Of a stretch of 64,000 bases of DNA, positions 1-8,704 are shown piece by piece. Source of the DNA: a virus. A model generated the notes under the pieces. It worked only from the letters and a program-made list of their open reading frames with translations, searched no databases and was not told the DNA's origin. The position numbers and the translations under genes were made by a program. The stretch spans positions 31,646 to 95,645 of the IMG/VR virus record IMGVR_UViG_3300022752_000036. The stretch is one strand, 5' to 3'. Position 1 is the stretch's first letter, and the number at the start of each line of letters is the position of its first letter.

Positions 1-1
1 T

Positions 2-244
2 AACCAGCTCAATTAATGTGCCAGACTCTCCACAAGAAGGATTAAAACAAAGCCAAGCGCCTGTACTTTTATTAATACAGCATGAAGCAGTATGCCTATT
101 AGAATGAAATGGGCAGTAGAACATAACCTCATTACCTGGTTCCGCCGTTATATCAAGACCTAAGCCTTTTATTATTGACTTGATATGGTTGGGCGCATAC
201 TGCGTGGAATCAACTTTCCTTGCGTTATACCCTCTGACTGCCAT
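2..244 (-). CDS. dnaG: DNA primase, N-terminal CHC2 zinc-finger part (runs off window start; absent from ORF track)
   Basis: Manual translation from ATG 244: MAVRGYNARKVDSTQYAPNHIKSIIKGLGLDITAEPGNEVMFYCPFHSNRHTASCCINKSTGAWLCFNPSCGESGTLIELV; CPFH...WLCFxxxCG is the primase Zn finger; two genes downstream of DnaB. Confidence 0.85.
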   Translation of the reverse strand, partial: MAVRGYNARKVDSTQYAPNHIKSIIKGLGLDITAEPGNEVMFYCPFHSNRHTASCCINKSTGAWLCFNPSCGESGTLIELV

Positions 245-471
245 GCCTTTTTCTTTCCTACATATACTCCGTAAAGTGTCATTAAGAACACCCACGTTTG
301 TCCATCAAATTCTACCGAAAAGTTAGTGTCTATGTCAAGAACCCTTGCATATCCCTTGCCTCTCATATCGTGAGTAAGCAAGCTTTCATACTGATATTTT
401 AATCTTGGGATTCCTGCATCATCATCAAACTCAACTCTTACTTGAAATCTTTTGATCTGTTTGTGATTCAT
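172..471 (-). CDS. Hypothetical protein between helicase and primase
   Basis: 99-aa ORF overlapping both helicase end and primase start. Confidence 0.6.
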   Translation of the reverse strand: MNHKQIKRFQVRVEFDDDAGIPRLKYQYESLLTHDMRGKGYARVLDIDTNFSVEFDGQTWVFLMTLYGVYVGKKKAWQSEGITQGKLIPRSMRPTISSQ

Positions 472-1696
472 TTTGGAATGGATTCTCGTAAATTTCTTTT
501 ACAATGCCTCGATTAATATCCCAATCTAAATAGAAATTAAAATCATGACCATGTCTATTTTTTCTAGAAACAATCTCAATCATATTTGTTTGTGGATATC
601 TATGAACAGCTAACGCCATGTCAGCATCGTATTCGATAGCCTTTGACCAAGCCACTTGGCTCATCATTGGCGGATTATCTTGGTCCGATATATCGTCTGC
701 CGTTGCAGCGGTGATATCGATAATCGGAATATTATTAGATACAGCAAGCATTTTAAATTCACGAGAAACATTTCTATTTCTTTCAACTTCAGAATTGCTA
801 CGCTTGTTATCATTAAACAACTGATGATAATCTAAAATTACTAGATCAGGTTTATGCTGATCTATCTTTCCTTGTATTGTTGCAGGAGTTACTTCAGAAT
901 TACCTTCATTAGAAACTAATATAAAACTATTTTTTCCTTCAAACTTTTTGCTTCCCCAAGACCTAAAATCATCAATACTAATATCTCCCTTTGACAAATC
1001 GCTTGCACGAAATATTCCAGAGCCGAGCATTGTAAATATACGGTCACGCATATTTTCTGGAGACATTTCAAGAGATACAATCATTGGCTTAAATCCTTGC
1101 TCCCATGCCTTGCATGCTAAATAAGCTGTGAACCAAGTCTTACCTTTTCCTGGCCAACCAATAGCAACAATTAAATGTCCTGGTGCCATACCTGTAGGGT
1201 ATGCTTTATCAATAGCAGAAAATCCAGTAAGGATTCCTGGGGCTCCGCCCATCATTGCAGATCTATCTTTTACAGACTGATAATGCCTTGCAGCATTTTC
1301 AACATCAATAATGTCTAAGTCTCTTACGTTATTTGTATATCTGCTTAGATTTGCTAGGTCGCTTTGCATCTGTGCAAGCACTCTTGAGGCAGCATCTTCT
1401 TTTAATGCAGAACCTCCACGAATAATAATAGACTTTAGTTTTGCAGATATAAATTCATTTTTTAGTTGGTCTAAATAATATCCTGTTTCTGCTTTAACAT
1501 CTGTAGGTTCAAAGTCCTTATGTCGTTCTACTAAAACACCAGCCTCTGGAACTGCTTTGAACTTATAGTAATAGGTCTTTAGACTTTCCCAAATATCTCT
1601 ATGTGATGTAAATAGTTCATCTACATTGTCGGCAAGTAGTGTGCTTATATCTTTATTTTTACATACAGCAGATATAACCGTTGCTTCTATATTCAC
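431..1696 (-). CDS. dnaB: DnaB-like replicative helicase
   Basis: Walker A GWPGKGKT, SLEM, LVILDY Walker B, IEYDAD and KNRHG motifs. Confidence 0.95.
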   Translation of the reverse strand: MNIEATVISAVCKNKDISTLLADNVDELFTSHRDIWESLKTYYYKFKAVPEAGVLVERHKDFEPTDVKAETGYYLDQLKNEFISAKLKSIIIRGGSALKEDAASRVLAQMQSDLANLSRYTNNVRDLDIIDVENAARHYQSVKDRSAMMGGAPGILTGFSAIDKAYPTGMAPGHLIVAIGWPGKGKTWFTAYLACKAWEQGFKPMIVSLEMSPENMRDRIFTMLGSGIFRASDLSKGDISIDDFRSWGSKKFEGKNSFILVSNEGNSEVTPATIQGKIDQHKPDLVILDYHQLFNDNKRSNSEVERNRNVSREFKMLAVSNNIPIIDITAATADDISDQDNPPMMSQVAWSKAIEYDADMALAVHRYPQTNMIEIVSRKNRHGHDFNFYLDWDINRGIVKEIYENPFQNESQTDQKISSKS

Positions 1697-2010
1697 TCTT
1701 CGCCCTCAACCATTCTTCTTGTTTGATCCAGCAGTATGCTGCGATTAATCTTGTCTTTTTCAATCTCTTTGTACAATACATCTATCCTATCAAAATTATT
1801 ATAGAAAAAGTTTAAAGGATGTCCTAGTTTATTAGTAGAGAAATAATAAACAAGCAACTCCTTAGCTCGATCATATCCTACACTATCTATGACATCTTGC
1901 ATAGCCCACTTCTCACGAAACTTATTTATACGTGGTTTTTTATCATACTTTTCTTTGTATAAATTCTCGTATACCCCGATAAGTATGTAGGGAGCTCTCT
2001 CATTTGCCAC
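1693..2010 (-). CDS. Hypothetical protein (possible helicase accessory)
   Basis: 105-aa ORF with ATGA overlap to dnaB. Confidence 0.6.
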   Translation of the reverse strand: MANERAPYILIGVYENLYKEKYDKKPRINKFREKWAMQDVIDSVGYDRAKELLVYYFSTNKLGHPLNFFYNNFDRIDVLYKEIEKDKINRSILLDQTRRMVEGEE

Positions 2011-2203
2011 GTTTTAGCTCTTCCTCCACCTCTCGTGTTTTCTGCACAAGTTTATTTTCTACAAACTTATATACACGCTCTGTTGCGGAATCAACATTTT
2101 CTCCAGCCCTGACGTCATCTTCTACGCCAATGCCAATTTTAATACTTTCATAATTGCCAAGGTTTCTAGTAAAAGACAAATCAACCTTTACCTTTGTTGT
2201 CAC
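2000..2203 (-). CDS. Small hypothetical protein (TRNLGNYES motif)
   Basis: 67-aa ORF, GTG start overlapping upstream stop. Confidence 0.65.
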   Translation of the reverse strand: MTTKVKVDLSFTRNLGNYESIKIGIGVEDDVRAGENVDSATERVYKFVENKLVQKTREVEEELKRGK

Positions 2204-2310
2204 TTATGCTCCGCCTTTCTATGTCTTGATAGTGCATCGTGTCCAAATATACCCCAACGCAATTCTATTTCTTTACTGCATATATCGCATACAACTACTC
2301 TGCTAGCCAT
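2200..2310 (-). CDS. 36-aa C2H2-type zinc-finger microprotein (absent from ORF track)
   Basis: MASRVVVCDICSKEIELRWGIFGHDALSRHRKAEHK*; TAATG overlap upstream, GTGA overlap downstream; exactly fills the gap. Confidence 0.75.
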   Translation of the reverse strand: MASRVVVCDICSKEIELRWGIFGHDALSRHRKAEHK

Positions 2311-2792
2311 TATTCCGCCTTCCATACTGGTACAAAACCGTTATCGGTCTTAGTATACAATATAATGTTGTGTTTGAAAAGACCTAATAATTCTGCCCTA
2401 GAAGGTATATTGTTTGAATGTCCAGCATCTAATATATATTGGTGGATGTCCAATATGTCCGATTCGCTAAACAAATATTTAGACCAATTTTTATTATCTG
2501 GATTACTAATTGAATATATCTTTTTAGGCTGGCGCACCTTACCCTCAAGAATATAATCTTCAATTGTAATCCTATGTTTGTTTAACATAGAAGAAACTTC
2601 AGATATAGAATATGCTTTTGACATATTTTTTTCAACTTGAGAATATGAATACAAAACTCTTTTTTTGCTTTCATAGTGCCAGGCAATAACTTCGTCCTTA
2701 GACCTTGATGCCTTAAGAACTTTATGTATTTGATCGTTTAAGAAGAAATACCGTAGTTCTTTGAGTTTTGATTTTCTACGTTTTCTAGCCAT
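2310..2792 (-). CDS. HTH (MerR/excisionase-like) DNA-binding protein
   Basis: AYSISEVSSMLNKHRITIEDYILEGKV resembles a MerR-type HTH. Confidence 0.7.
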   Translation of the reverse strand: MARKRRKSKLKELRYFFLNDQIHKVLKASRSKDEVIAWHYESKKRVLYSYSQVEKNMSKAYSISEVSSMLNKHRITIEDYILEGKVRQPKKIYSISNPDNKNWSKYLFSESDILDIHQYILDAGHSNNIPSRAELLGLFKHNIILYTKTDNGFVPVWKAE

Positions 2793-2926
2793 CTGCCGAA
2801 AGCACTCGTTTCTTTATTAATCATATTTCTTTTGCCACATAATATGCAAAACAACTCAACATGTAGTTTTTGAGAAAAAACTCTATCAACAAAAACTCTT
2901 CCATTACATTTACCGCAAGTCATCAT
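2738..2926 (-). CDS. Zinc-ribbon protein
   Basis: CGKC...CILCG in 62 aa. Confidence 0.7.
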   Translation of the reverse strand: MMTCGKCNGRVFVDRVFSQKLHVELFCILCGKRNMINKETSAFGRWLENVENQNSKNYGISS

Positions 2927-3726
2927 AGCTTAAACAACTTCCCATCTACCACACAAGAATAATCTGGTGATACGTGGATCATCTGAATGTGTGGATATTC
3001 TCCATTTTCAATATGAGCAATAGCAAAACCTTTTTGCCAGTCGTGATGCTGAGTATACTTCATTCCTGGACCCTTTTCATCACACATATGTCCAATCTCG
3101 TAACCTCTTAATGTTTCGCCATTACCATTGTTTCTTAGCTCATAAGTTACCATGTGTGAAGCAATTCTATGGGAGTGCCCACGAATTAGAGATACCTGCA
3201 TATCTTCCATATCTTTTCTAACAGATCCTGTGGCAGAAATTGAAATTCCATGATGTACATGTATATCTCCAAATCTACGCTTAGGCAAAGAATCATAGAA
3301 TATATATTCATAACCTAGAGAATCGAGAGACCAAAGAGCTTCTGGTGTTACCTCGTTAATATAATCTGGCAACTTAGAATCTACATAGTTAAAGATTCTT
3401 ACATCGTGATTACCTAAAGCTGAAAAAAGTTGAGCGTCTGGAAGCATATCTCTTGTTTTAGCATAGAAGTCTCTTGCTCCTTTTGCCTCATGACGCATTG
3501 TTGGAACAATTAAATCTTTGCTATCTGTTTTGTGAAGATTTAAAAATTCTGCTGATCTGCCTTCTGTATACTTACTATAGCATGCCTGATCATCAGTATC
3601 TCCAAGATAGTCTACAACATCTGGCTTAAACCATTTCATTACTTTAAACCATAGTTCAATCATCTTGTCATCTTGATATGGAAATTGCTGATCAGATGAT
3701 AGCATCCATTTTAAATCGTTTGTCAT
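2923..3726 (-). CDS. Calcineurin-like metallophosphoesterase
   Basis: SDxQ, LGD, GNHD, HHG, GHSH motifs; start placed at MTNDLK (3726). Confidence 0.85.
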   Translation of the reverse strand: MTNDLKWMLSSDQQFPYQDDKMIELWFKVMKWFKPDVVDYLGDTDDQACYSKYTEGRSAEFLNLHKTDSKDLIVPTMRHEAKGARDFYAKTRDMLPDAQLFSALGNHDVRIFNYVDSKLPDYINEVTPEALWSLDSLGYEYIFYDSLPKRRFGDIHVHHGISISATGSVRKDMEDMQVSLIRGHSHRIASHMVTYELRNNGNGETLRGYEIGHMCDEKGPGMKYTQHHDWQKGFAIAHIENGEYPHIQMIHVSPDYSCVVDGKLFKL

Positions 3727-3745
3727 TAAATACCTTAATACGTAA

Positions 3746-3767
3746 AAAGTCGCAGGCATGCGACTTT
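3746..3767 (-). terminator. Hairpin with T-tract (intrinsic terminator or attenuator)
   Basis: Minus strand AAAGTCGCA-TGCC-TGCGACTTT continuing into TTTTT. Confidence 0.6.
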
Positions 3768-3778
3768 ATGTTACAGTA

Positions 3779-3806
3779 ATTGTAACATAATGTTTTAGAT
3801 TGTCAA
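3779..3806 (-). promoter_or_regulatory. Sigma70/SigA-type promoter for the replication cluster
   Basis: TTGACA (3806-3801), 16 nt, TACAAT (3784-3779), with TG extension. Confidence 0.7.
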
Positions 3807-3809
3807 TAT

Positions 3810-4271
3810 CTACTCTGTTAAACTTGCAGTATTTCCTGAAGCAGTCCAATGAATTTTAGCTGTTGTAATAGACTTAGTTCCTTTTGGAGCTCTACATATT
3901 ATACTAAACTTATCTTTACTTGCATTAATAATATATGGAGTATATAGTGCACTTGCATCTGCTGATGCTGCATATTCAATAGTAACATTAATTGATGGTG
4001 TTTCAATAAATCCTATTGTAGGAAAGTTTACTGGAAAAGGCTTCATGTCTGTCTTTAAAGTTTTACCCGCAAAAATTCCACCAATTGTTGTATTAAATCC
4101 TTTTACCTCAATTACTTTACCACCATTAATTGTTGTACTTTCAATTTTAACTGGAGTAACGGTTTCGCCTTTAGCAATAATATTAATATTCTCAACTATC
4201 TTACGTAAGACGTCGGCTGTTACTGGATCCCCGTCTCCTATAGTTACTGGTGTTAGATTATTAAATGCCAT
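3810..4271 (-). CDS. Minor tail or fibre protein with C-terminal H-type-lectin-like beta sandwich
   Basis: GDPVTADVLRKIVENI anchor, VNFP..F.ETPSINVT...IHWTASG pattern; follows tail fibre genes. Confidence 0.5.
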   Translation of the reverse strand: MAFNNLTPVTIGDGDPVTADVLRKIVENINIIAKGETVTPVKIESTTINGGKVIEVKGFNTTIGGIFAGKTLKTDMKPFPVNFPTIGFIETPSINVTIEYAASADASALYTPYIINASKDKFSIICRAPKGTKSITTAKIHWTASGNTASLTE

Positions 4272-4273
4272 AT

Positions 4274-4432
4274 TTACTCCTCAGTATTTTTAGACTTTTC
4301 CATTTCTTCTATTTTATCCGATAGCTGCGTAATTTCAGCACGAAGAATTGCCACGGTTGTCTCATATTGTGAGACAAGATCTCCAATTCTTTGTTGAAGA
4401 GCATTTACAACTAATTCAATTTTTTCTGCCAT
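4274..4432 (-). CDS. Small coiled-coil protein
   Basis: MAEKIELVVNALQQRIGDL...; GGAGA RBS; TGGTATACT extended -10 at 4455-4463. Confidence 0.65.
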   Translation of the reverse strand: MAEKIELVVNALQQRIGDLVSQYETTVAILRAEITQLSDKIEEMEKSKNTEE

Positions 4433-4463
4433 TTTATCTCCTTGATAGATAAACAGTATACCA

Positions 4464-7388
4464 TTATGACTCCAGGGCGTCAAGCCTATTTAATATTCTA
4501 GCAACTACTTGTGCTAGAACTACTGAGAGTCCTGCATAGTTTACTGAGTCTGGTCTGCCCTCTTCGTCATACTGTACTAACAGTTCTAGGCCCGCTATTT
4601 CTGCAACTTCTTCTGCAATTAATCCAGTGTACCAAGTATTGTCCCCACGTTCCATATCTTTTATTCCATGGTATTTAACTGGTCTCAAAAGTTTTATAGA
4701 TTCGTCTGGATAAAAAACAGATTCTATATCAGTCTTATATCTTCTAGAAGATGTAGATCTTGCTATTAAACCTGAAGTAGAGTTGATAAATGTATTAGCG
4801 GTAGATGCTGTAGTATCACCAGACCTCATGTAAAAGCTTCCTACGGTATCTGTATAAATACCACCGCTACCAAATATTCTTGTTGTGTTGTCAATTCCAT
4901 TAAACAACATAGAAGTCGAAGCACCGCCCGCTATAGAAGCTACGCTTGCTGCAACATAAACTCTTCCATAAACCGCTCCCGTAGAGCTTGGAGCACTTGA
5001 GCCACCCTGTAAAATCATAGCCCCACCGCTTAAGTTTACTCCGTAAAGGTGGCCTACTGTAGTACCACTTAATGTAACTTGTAAACTATCTATACCTGAA
5101 TTTTGTAATTTAACATTTGTACTACTGGTACTTGTTTGAACTATTGCGCCAGTAATGGTTCCACCAGTAATTGTGTTTGCTTCAAATTTTGAGGCAGTAA
5201 TTCTTCCACCTTGTATAGTTCCATTCCAGCCGTCTAAAACTAACTTACTATATCCTGATGTGTAAAAACTTCGTGATGTTATATACTGACTATCTACTGT
5301 CCATCCAAAAGTAGGATCTCCTAAAGAAATAGTTCCTGATGAAGAAATATTTAATGTTTGGGATCCTCCGCTTGTTGCACGAATTCCATTTGCGTCTATA
5401 ACAAATCCATTATAGCCTGGAGTTCCACCAGCAATATTTAATCTTGCAACATCAATTGTTCCAGTGGTTATTCTGCTTCCGTTAATTACTGTTGTATTAA
5501 GATCTAATACTGTATTGATATCAGATGCCGCCATTTTTAATGCTGCTGCGTCTGATGCGGCTTGTGCGGCATTTGCTGCTGCTTGAGCGCTATTTCCTGC
5601 AGCTATTGCCTGATTGTATGCCTCATCTCCCCTAGCTTTTGCAATTGCTGCTTGGCTTGCTGCTGCGCCAGCATCAGTTATACCTTGTAAAGCATTTGCC
5701 TTAACTGTATCAATTGTAGTTCCGTCTGAAAGTTGTGTTCCTACTGTTAATGTTCCATAAAATGTAGAGTTTCCATTAATTGTTGCTCCAGATGCTATGA
5801 GAGCTCCCTCTTTTGTAACTCTAAATGGAGCTGTAGATGAAGAATTTCTTCCAATCCAAAGCCTGTAGGTTGCATCATTTGCATCAAGTCTAATTATATT
5901 ATCTGTGTTTGAAACGCCAAGCTCAATTACTCCAGTGCTATCTAACCTGGCATTATTTTTAGTAAGCTTGGTTCCATCTAATGTCCAGCCTGCAATTTGT
6001 CCCTTGGTTGCAGTCATTAAGCCATCCGAAGATTGTAGCTTAAATGTTTCACCGCTTGCATCGTATCCAAAAATACCTTCGCTATTAAATCTTACTCTTG
6101 TACCGCTTGTAGGAGAAGCCCCTGCATAAAGAACTCCGCTTGTTGTTGCCCCTGCTGGTATAGCCAACTGAATGTTGCCTGTAAACTTTCCGCCAGTGGC
6201 ATTTATATTTCCAGTTAGGTATAGGTTGGTTCCATTCCAATACATGAACTCTGTTGGGTTTCCAACTCTAAATTGTCCTGTTGTTAGCCAAAAATTGTTT
6301 CCAACATTTGTGGTAGATTTATTTAAAATAATTCCGTGATAGGTTCCATTTGTTAATGATGGAGTTGTTAATGGTTCTGTATTTAAATTAATTCCTTGAG
6401 AAATTCCTGTTCCAATTTTAAATAGATCTTGGGATGCTCCACCTATTGCAATATATGATTTAAGTCTTGCCAAGGCTCCAGCTGCCGTTCCATCTGCATC
6501 TGAAGCTATAAATGTTCCCGAAGCGGCTCCAGTCCAGTTTACCACGTCGTAAGGAGTAGTCGAAGCAACCTGATAGTAATATGTTGTGTTTGGAATTAAA
6601 CCTGTAGCCGTAAAAGAAGTTGTTGATCTTCCAGAAACTGATGCATACTCCCATAAAGGGGTTTGTACTGTAGATGGATCATTAGTAGACCACCGTATAG
6701 CATAACCAGCAGTTTTTGTATCCGTGGACTGTGCCCACGATATTGTTGAAACTAAACTAAATCCGCTTAGGTCAGAAGGATCTATAGATGCAGAAGCGCT
6801 AGTGCTTCCTGGGTTTGCTACGGTAAATGTTGTGTCTGGGTCAGCAGTTTTTATTGTTATTGGTCCTGCAACCGTACCCTTTTTATGTGCTTCTCTAAAT
6901 ATATCTCTATGAACAACATATACCCACTTGTTATTGTAATCAGAAGTAATAACACTGCATTGAGTATCTGTGCCTACAAAAACTACCTTAGAAGAAGAGT
7001 TGAAAGAGTTTGTGTTGCTTTCATATACTATAGTGTCGCCATATGTTTTAAATGTTGGCTTGTCCCATGAAACTGTGTATGAAGAAACTCCACCGACTGC
7101 TACAACATTTGTTGGAGCTTCTGATAAATCTGGTATTGTCAGCTCAATTGAATATGTTGCTGAAGGTGGCCCAAGCACTGGGGTTGTTTGAGTATCGTCT
7201 GGATTTTTATAATAGTAGTTAAATACAAAATTATATTTTCCTACAAGCTTTACTGGCAAGTTTTCAATTGTGACAGAATAAGAGTCTTTAGACAAAACAC
7301 TATTTGACGTATCTACGCCTTGTGCATTTTTTTGTAAGTCTGCTGTACCTACTACTTTATCGTCTAAACCATCGTAATCTGGTCTCAT
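4464..7388 (-). CDS. Tail fibre with FN3 domains and C-terminal S74 intramolecular chaperone
   Basis: FN3 motif (ATGLIPNTTYYYQV), Ala-rich coiled coil, SSRRYKTDIE...GLIAEEV...SVNY autocleavage chaperone. Confidence 0.85.
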   Translation of the reverse strand: MRPDYDGLDDKVVGTADLQKNAQGVDTSNSVLSKDSYSVTIENLPVKLVGKYNFVFNYYYKNPDDTQTTPVLGPPSATYSIELTIPDLSEAPTNVVAVGGVSSYTVSWDKPTFKTYGDTIVYESNTNSFNSSSKVVFVGTDTQCSVITSDYNNKWVYVVHRDIFREAHKKGTVAGPITIKTADPDTTFTVANPGSTSASASIDPSDLSGFSLVSTISWAQSTDTKTAGYAIRWSTNDPSTVQTPLWEYASVSGRSTTSFTATGLIPNTTYYYQVASTTPYDVVNWTGAASGTFIASDADGTAAGALARLKSYIAIGGASQDLFKIGTGISQGINLNTEPLTTPSLTNGTYHGIILNKSTTNVGNNFWLTTGQFRVGNPTEFMYWNGTNLYLTGNINATGGKFTGNIQLAIPAGATTSGVLYAGASPTSGTRVRFNSEGIFGYDASGETFKLQSSDGLMTATKGQIAGWTLDGTKLTKNNARLDSTGVIELGVSNTDNIIRLDANDATYRLWIGRNSSSTAPFRVTKEGALIASGATINGNSTFYGTLTVGTQLSDGTTIDTVKANALQGITDAGAAASQAAIAKARGDEAYNQAIAAGNSAQAAANAAQAASDAAALKMAASDINTVLDLNTTVINGSRITTGTIDVARLNIAGGTPGYNGFVIDANGIRATSGGSQTLNISSSGTISLGDPTFGWTVDSQYITSRSFYTSGYSKLVLDGWNGTIQGGRITASKFEANTITGGTITGAIVQTSTSSTNVKLQNSGIDSLQVTLSGTTVGHLYGVNLSGGAMILQGGSSAPSSTGAVYGRVYVAASVASIAGGASTSMLFNGIDNTTRIFGSGGIYTDTVGSFYMRSGDTTASTANTFINSTSGLIARSTSSRRYKTDIESVFYPDESIKLLRPVKYHGIKDMERGDNTWYTGLIAEEVAEIAGLELLVQYDEEGRPDSVNYAGLSVVLAQVVARILNRLDALES

Positions 7389-8332
7389 TAGAATGTCAAT
7401 CCTATTCTATACTCAACATCCATTTCTCTGCCGTAAGATTTAGATATTGCATTTGTTAAAACAGATCTACTAATAATAGAAGCAGAAGAATTAAATGAAT
7501 CTTCATCATTAATTCTAAGGCCATCAAGAAGAACGGTAGTGCTTCCTGAGCTTTTAGCCTGAGCTCCTACAGATACTTGTATGATAGATTCTGCATCTGG
7601 AGTTCCTGCTCCATATCCTGATGCATATAAATTATCTAATGTTTTTGCAACAATCTTGTTATTTGTAGACGAATCTCCTGGATATCTTATTTCAAAATAA
7701 CTGTTTGTTGTACTATAAAATCTAACAAACACATAATCAAGATTTGTGTCTTGTTGTTTAAAAGCTAAAGTTAAACTGTCATTCTGACTGTAACCAGAGA
7801 GATCGAAGTTTGTCAATAAATTATATTTTGTAGACTGGTTTGCAGGAGATGTTAAACTAAACCAGGTATTTCCTATTCTTGGAGTTGGAGAATACGTTGT
7901 TACTGCTGGAGAACCTGCGTCATTTAACCAGCTAAGATTGTTTTCAAATGTAGAAATAAATCTACTTGAATAGTCTGTATTACCTTCTGTTGCACTTGCA
8001 AATAAACCAACTTCTTTTATTGTTCCAACAATATCTGTTGGCAATGTTGTTTTATATACTACTGCATATGTGGATGCCTGTGTGCTTGGATTTGTTTGAA
8101 TATCTATGCTTCCCAAACTAACTGCTGATCGATAAAATTCAAAATCAAGTTGAGTATTATTTACAGATGGAGTACTGTTACCTATTCCAACTGCTATGCT
8201 TTTATTATCAAAAGTAACTGCTCCAGCAAGATAAGAAGTTAAAAATCTTTTGCCAAATCTTGTTAGGATGTTTGAATGCCTGGCTATTTCCTTGCCATTT
8301 TCATAAAAGACATATTCTCCTACGAGATTCAT
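7388..8332 (-). CDS. Baseplate or minor tail protein
   Basis: HSNILT..GK, IAVGIG, IKEVGLFA, ISRSVL...EYRI motifs; start at MNLVGE with GGAGG RBS. Confidence 0.65.
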   Translation of the reverse strand: MNLVGEYVFYENGKEIARHSNILTRFGKRFLTSYLAGAVTFDNKSIAVGIGNSTPSVNNTQLDFEFYRSAVSLGSIDIQTNPSTQASTYAVVYKTTLPTDIVGTIKEVGLFASATEGNTDYSSRFISTFENNLSWLNDAGSPAVTTYSPTPRIGNTWFSLTSPANQSTKYNLLTNFDLSGYSQNDSLTLAFKQQDTNLDYVFVRFYSTTNSYFEIRYPGDSSTNNKIVAKTLDNLYASGYGAGTPDAESIIQVSVGAQAKSSGSTTVLLDGLRINDEDSFNSSASIISRSVLTNAISKSYGREMDVEYRIGLTF

Positions 8333-8333
8333 T

Positions 8334-8687
8334 TTAGCCTCCCTTTCCATATACACCAATTACGTCTTCTCCAGCACTATTTTTAACATTAAAAATAAAT
8401 CTTGCTTTTGGTATATTTTTTTGATCAAAATATATTTCAGATTTTACAACTGTAATATCTTCAAGATTGGGAGCTTTTAGTTTATCCTTATTTGGATCCT
8501 CGTCTGGCTCGTCATCATTCTCTCCAACATTTACTTCAAATTTAAACTTATTGTTTGGAAGGCTGCCTGCAGGATCTTCGTTTATTTGAAAAGAAAATGG
8601 GTCTAGTTCGTCCCAATGTTCTTTTTTAATAACCTTGGTTAATGGATCGTCTGCAAAAAGCTTTAGCTTTGGATTATTAGTTGCCAT
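8334..8687 (-). CDS. Hypothetical tail-region protein
   Basis: 117-aa acidic ORF; TGGTAGAAT ends 6 nt before ATG (leaderless). Confidence 0.6.
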   Translation of the reverse strand: MATNNPKLKLFADDPLTKVIKKEHWDELDPFSFQINEDPAGSLPNNKFKFEVNVGENDDEPDEDPNKDKLKAPNLEDITVVKSEIYFDQKNIPKARFIFNVKNSAGEDVIGVYGKGG

Positions 8688-8704
8688 ATTAACATTCTAC
8701 CATT

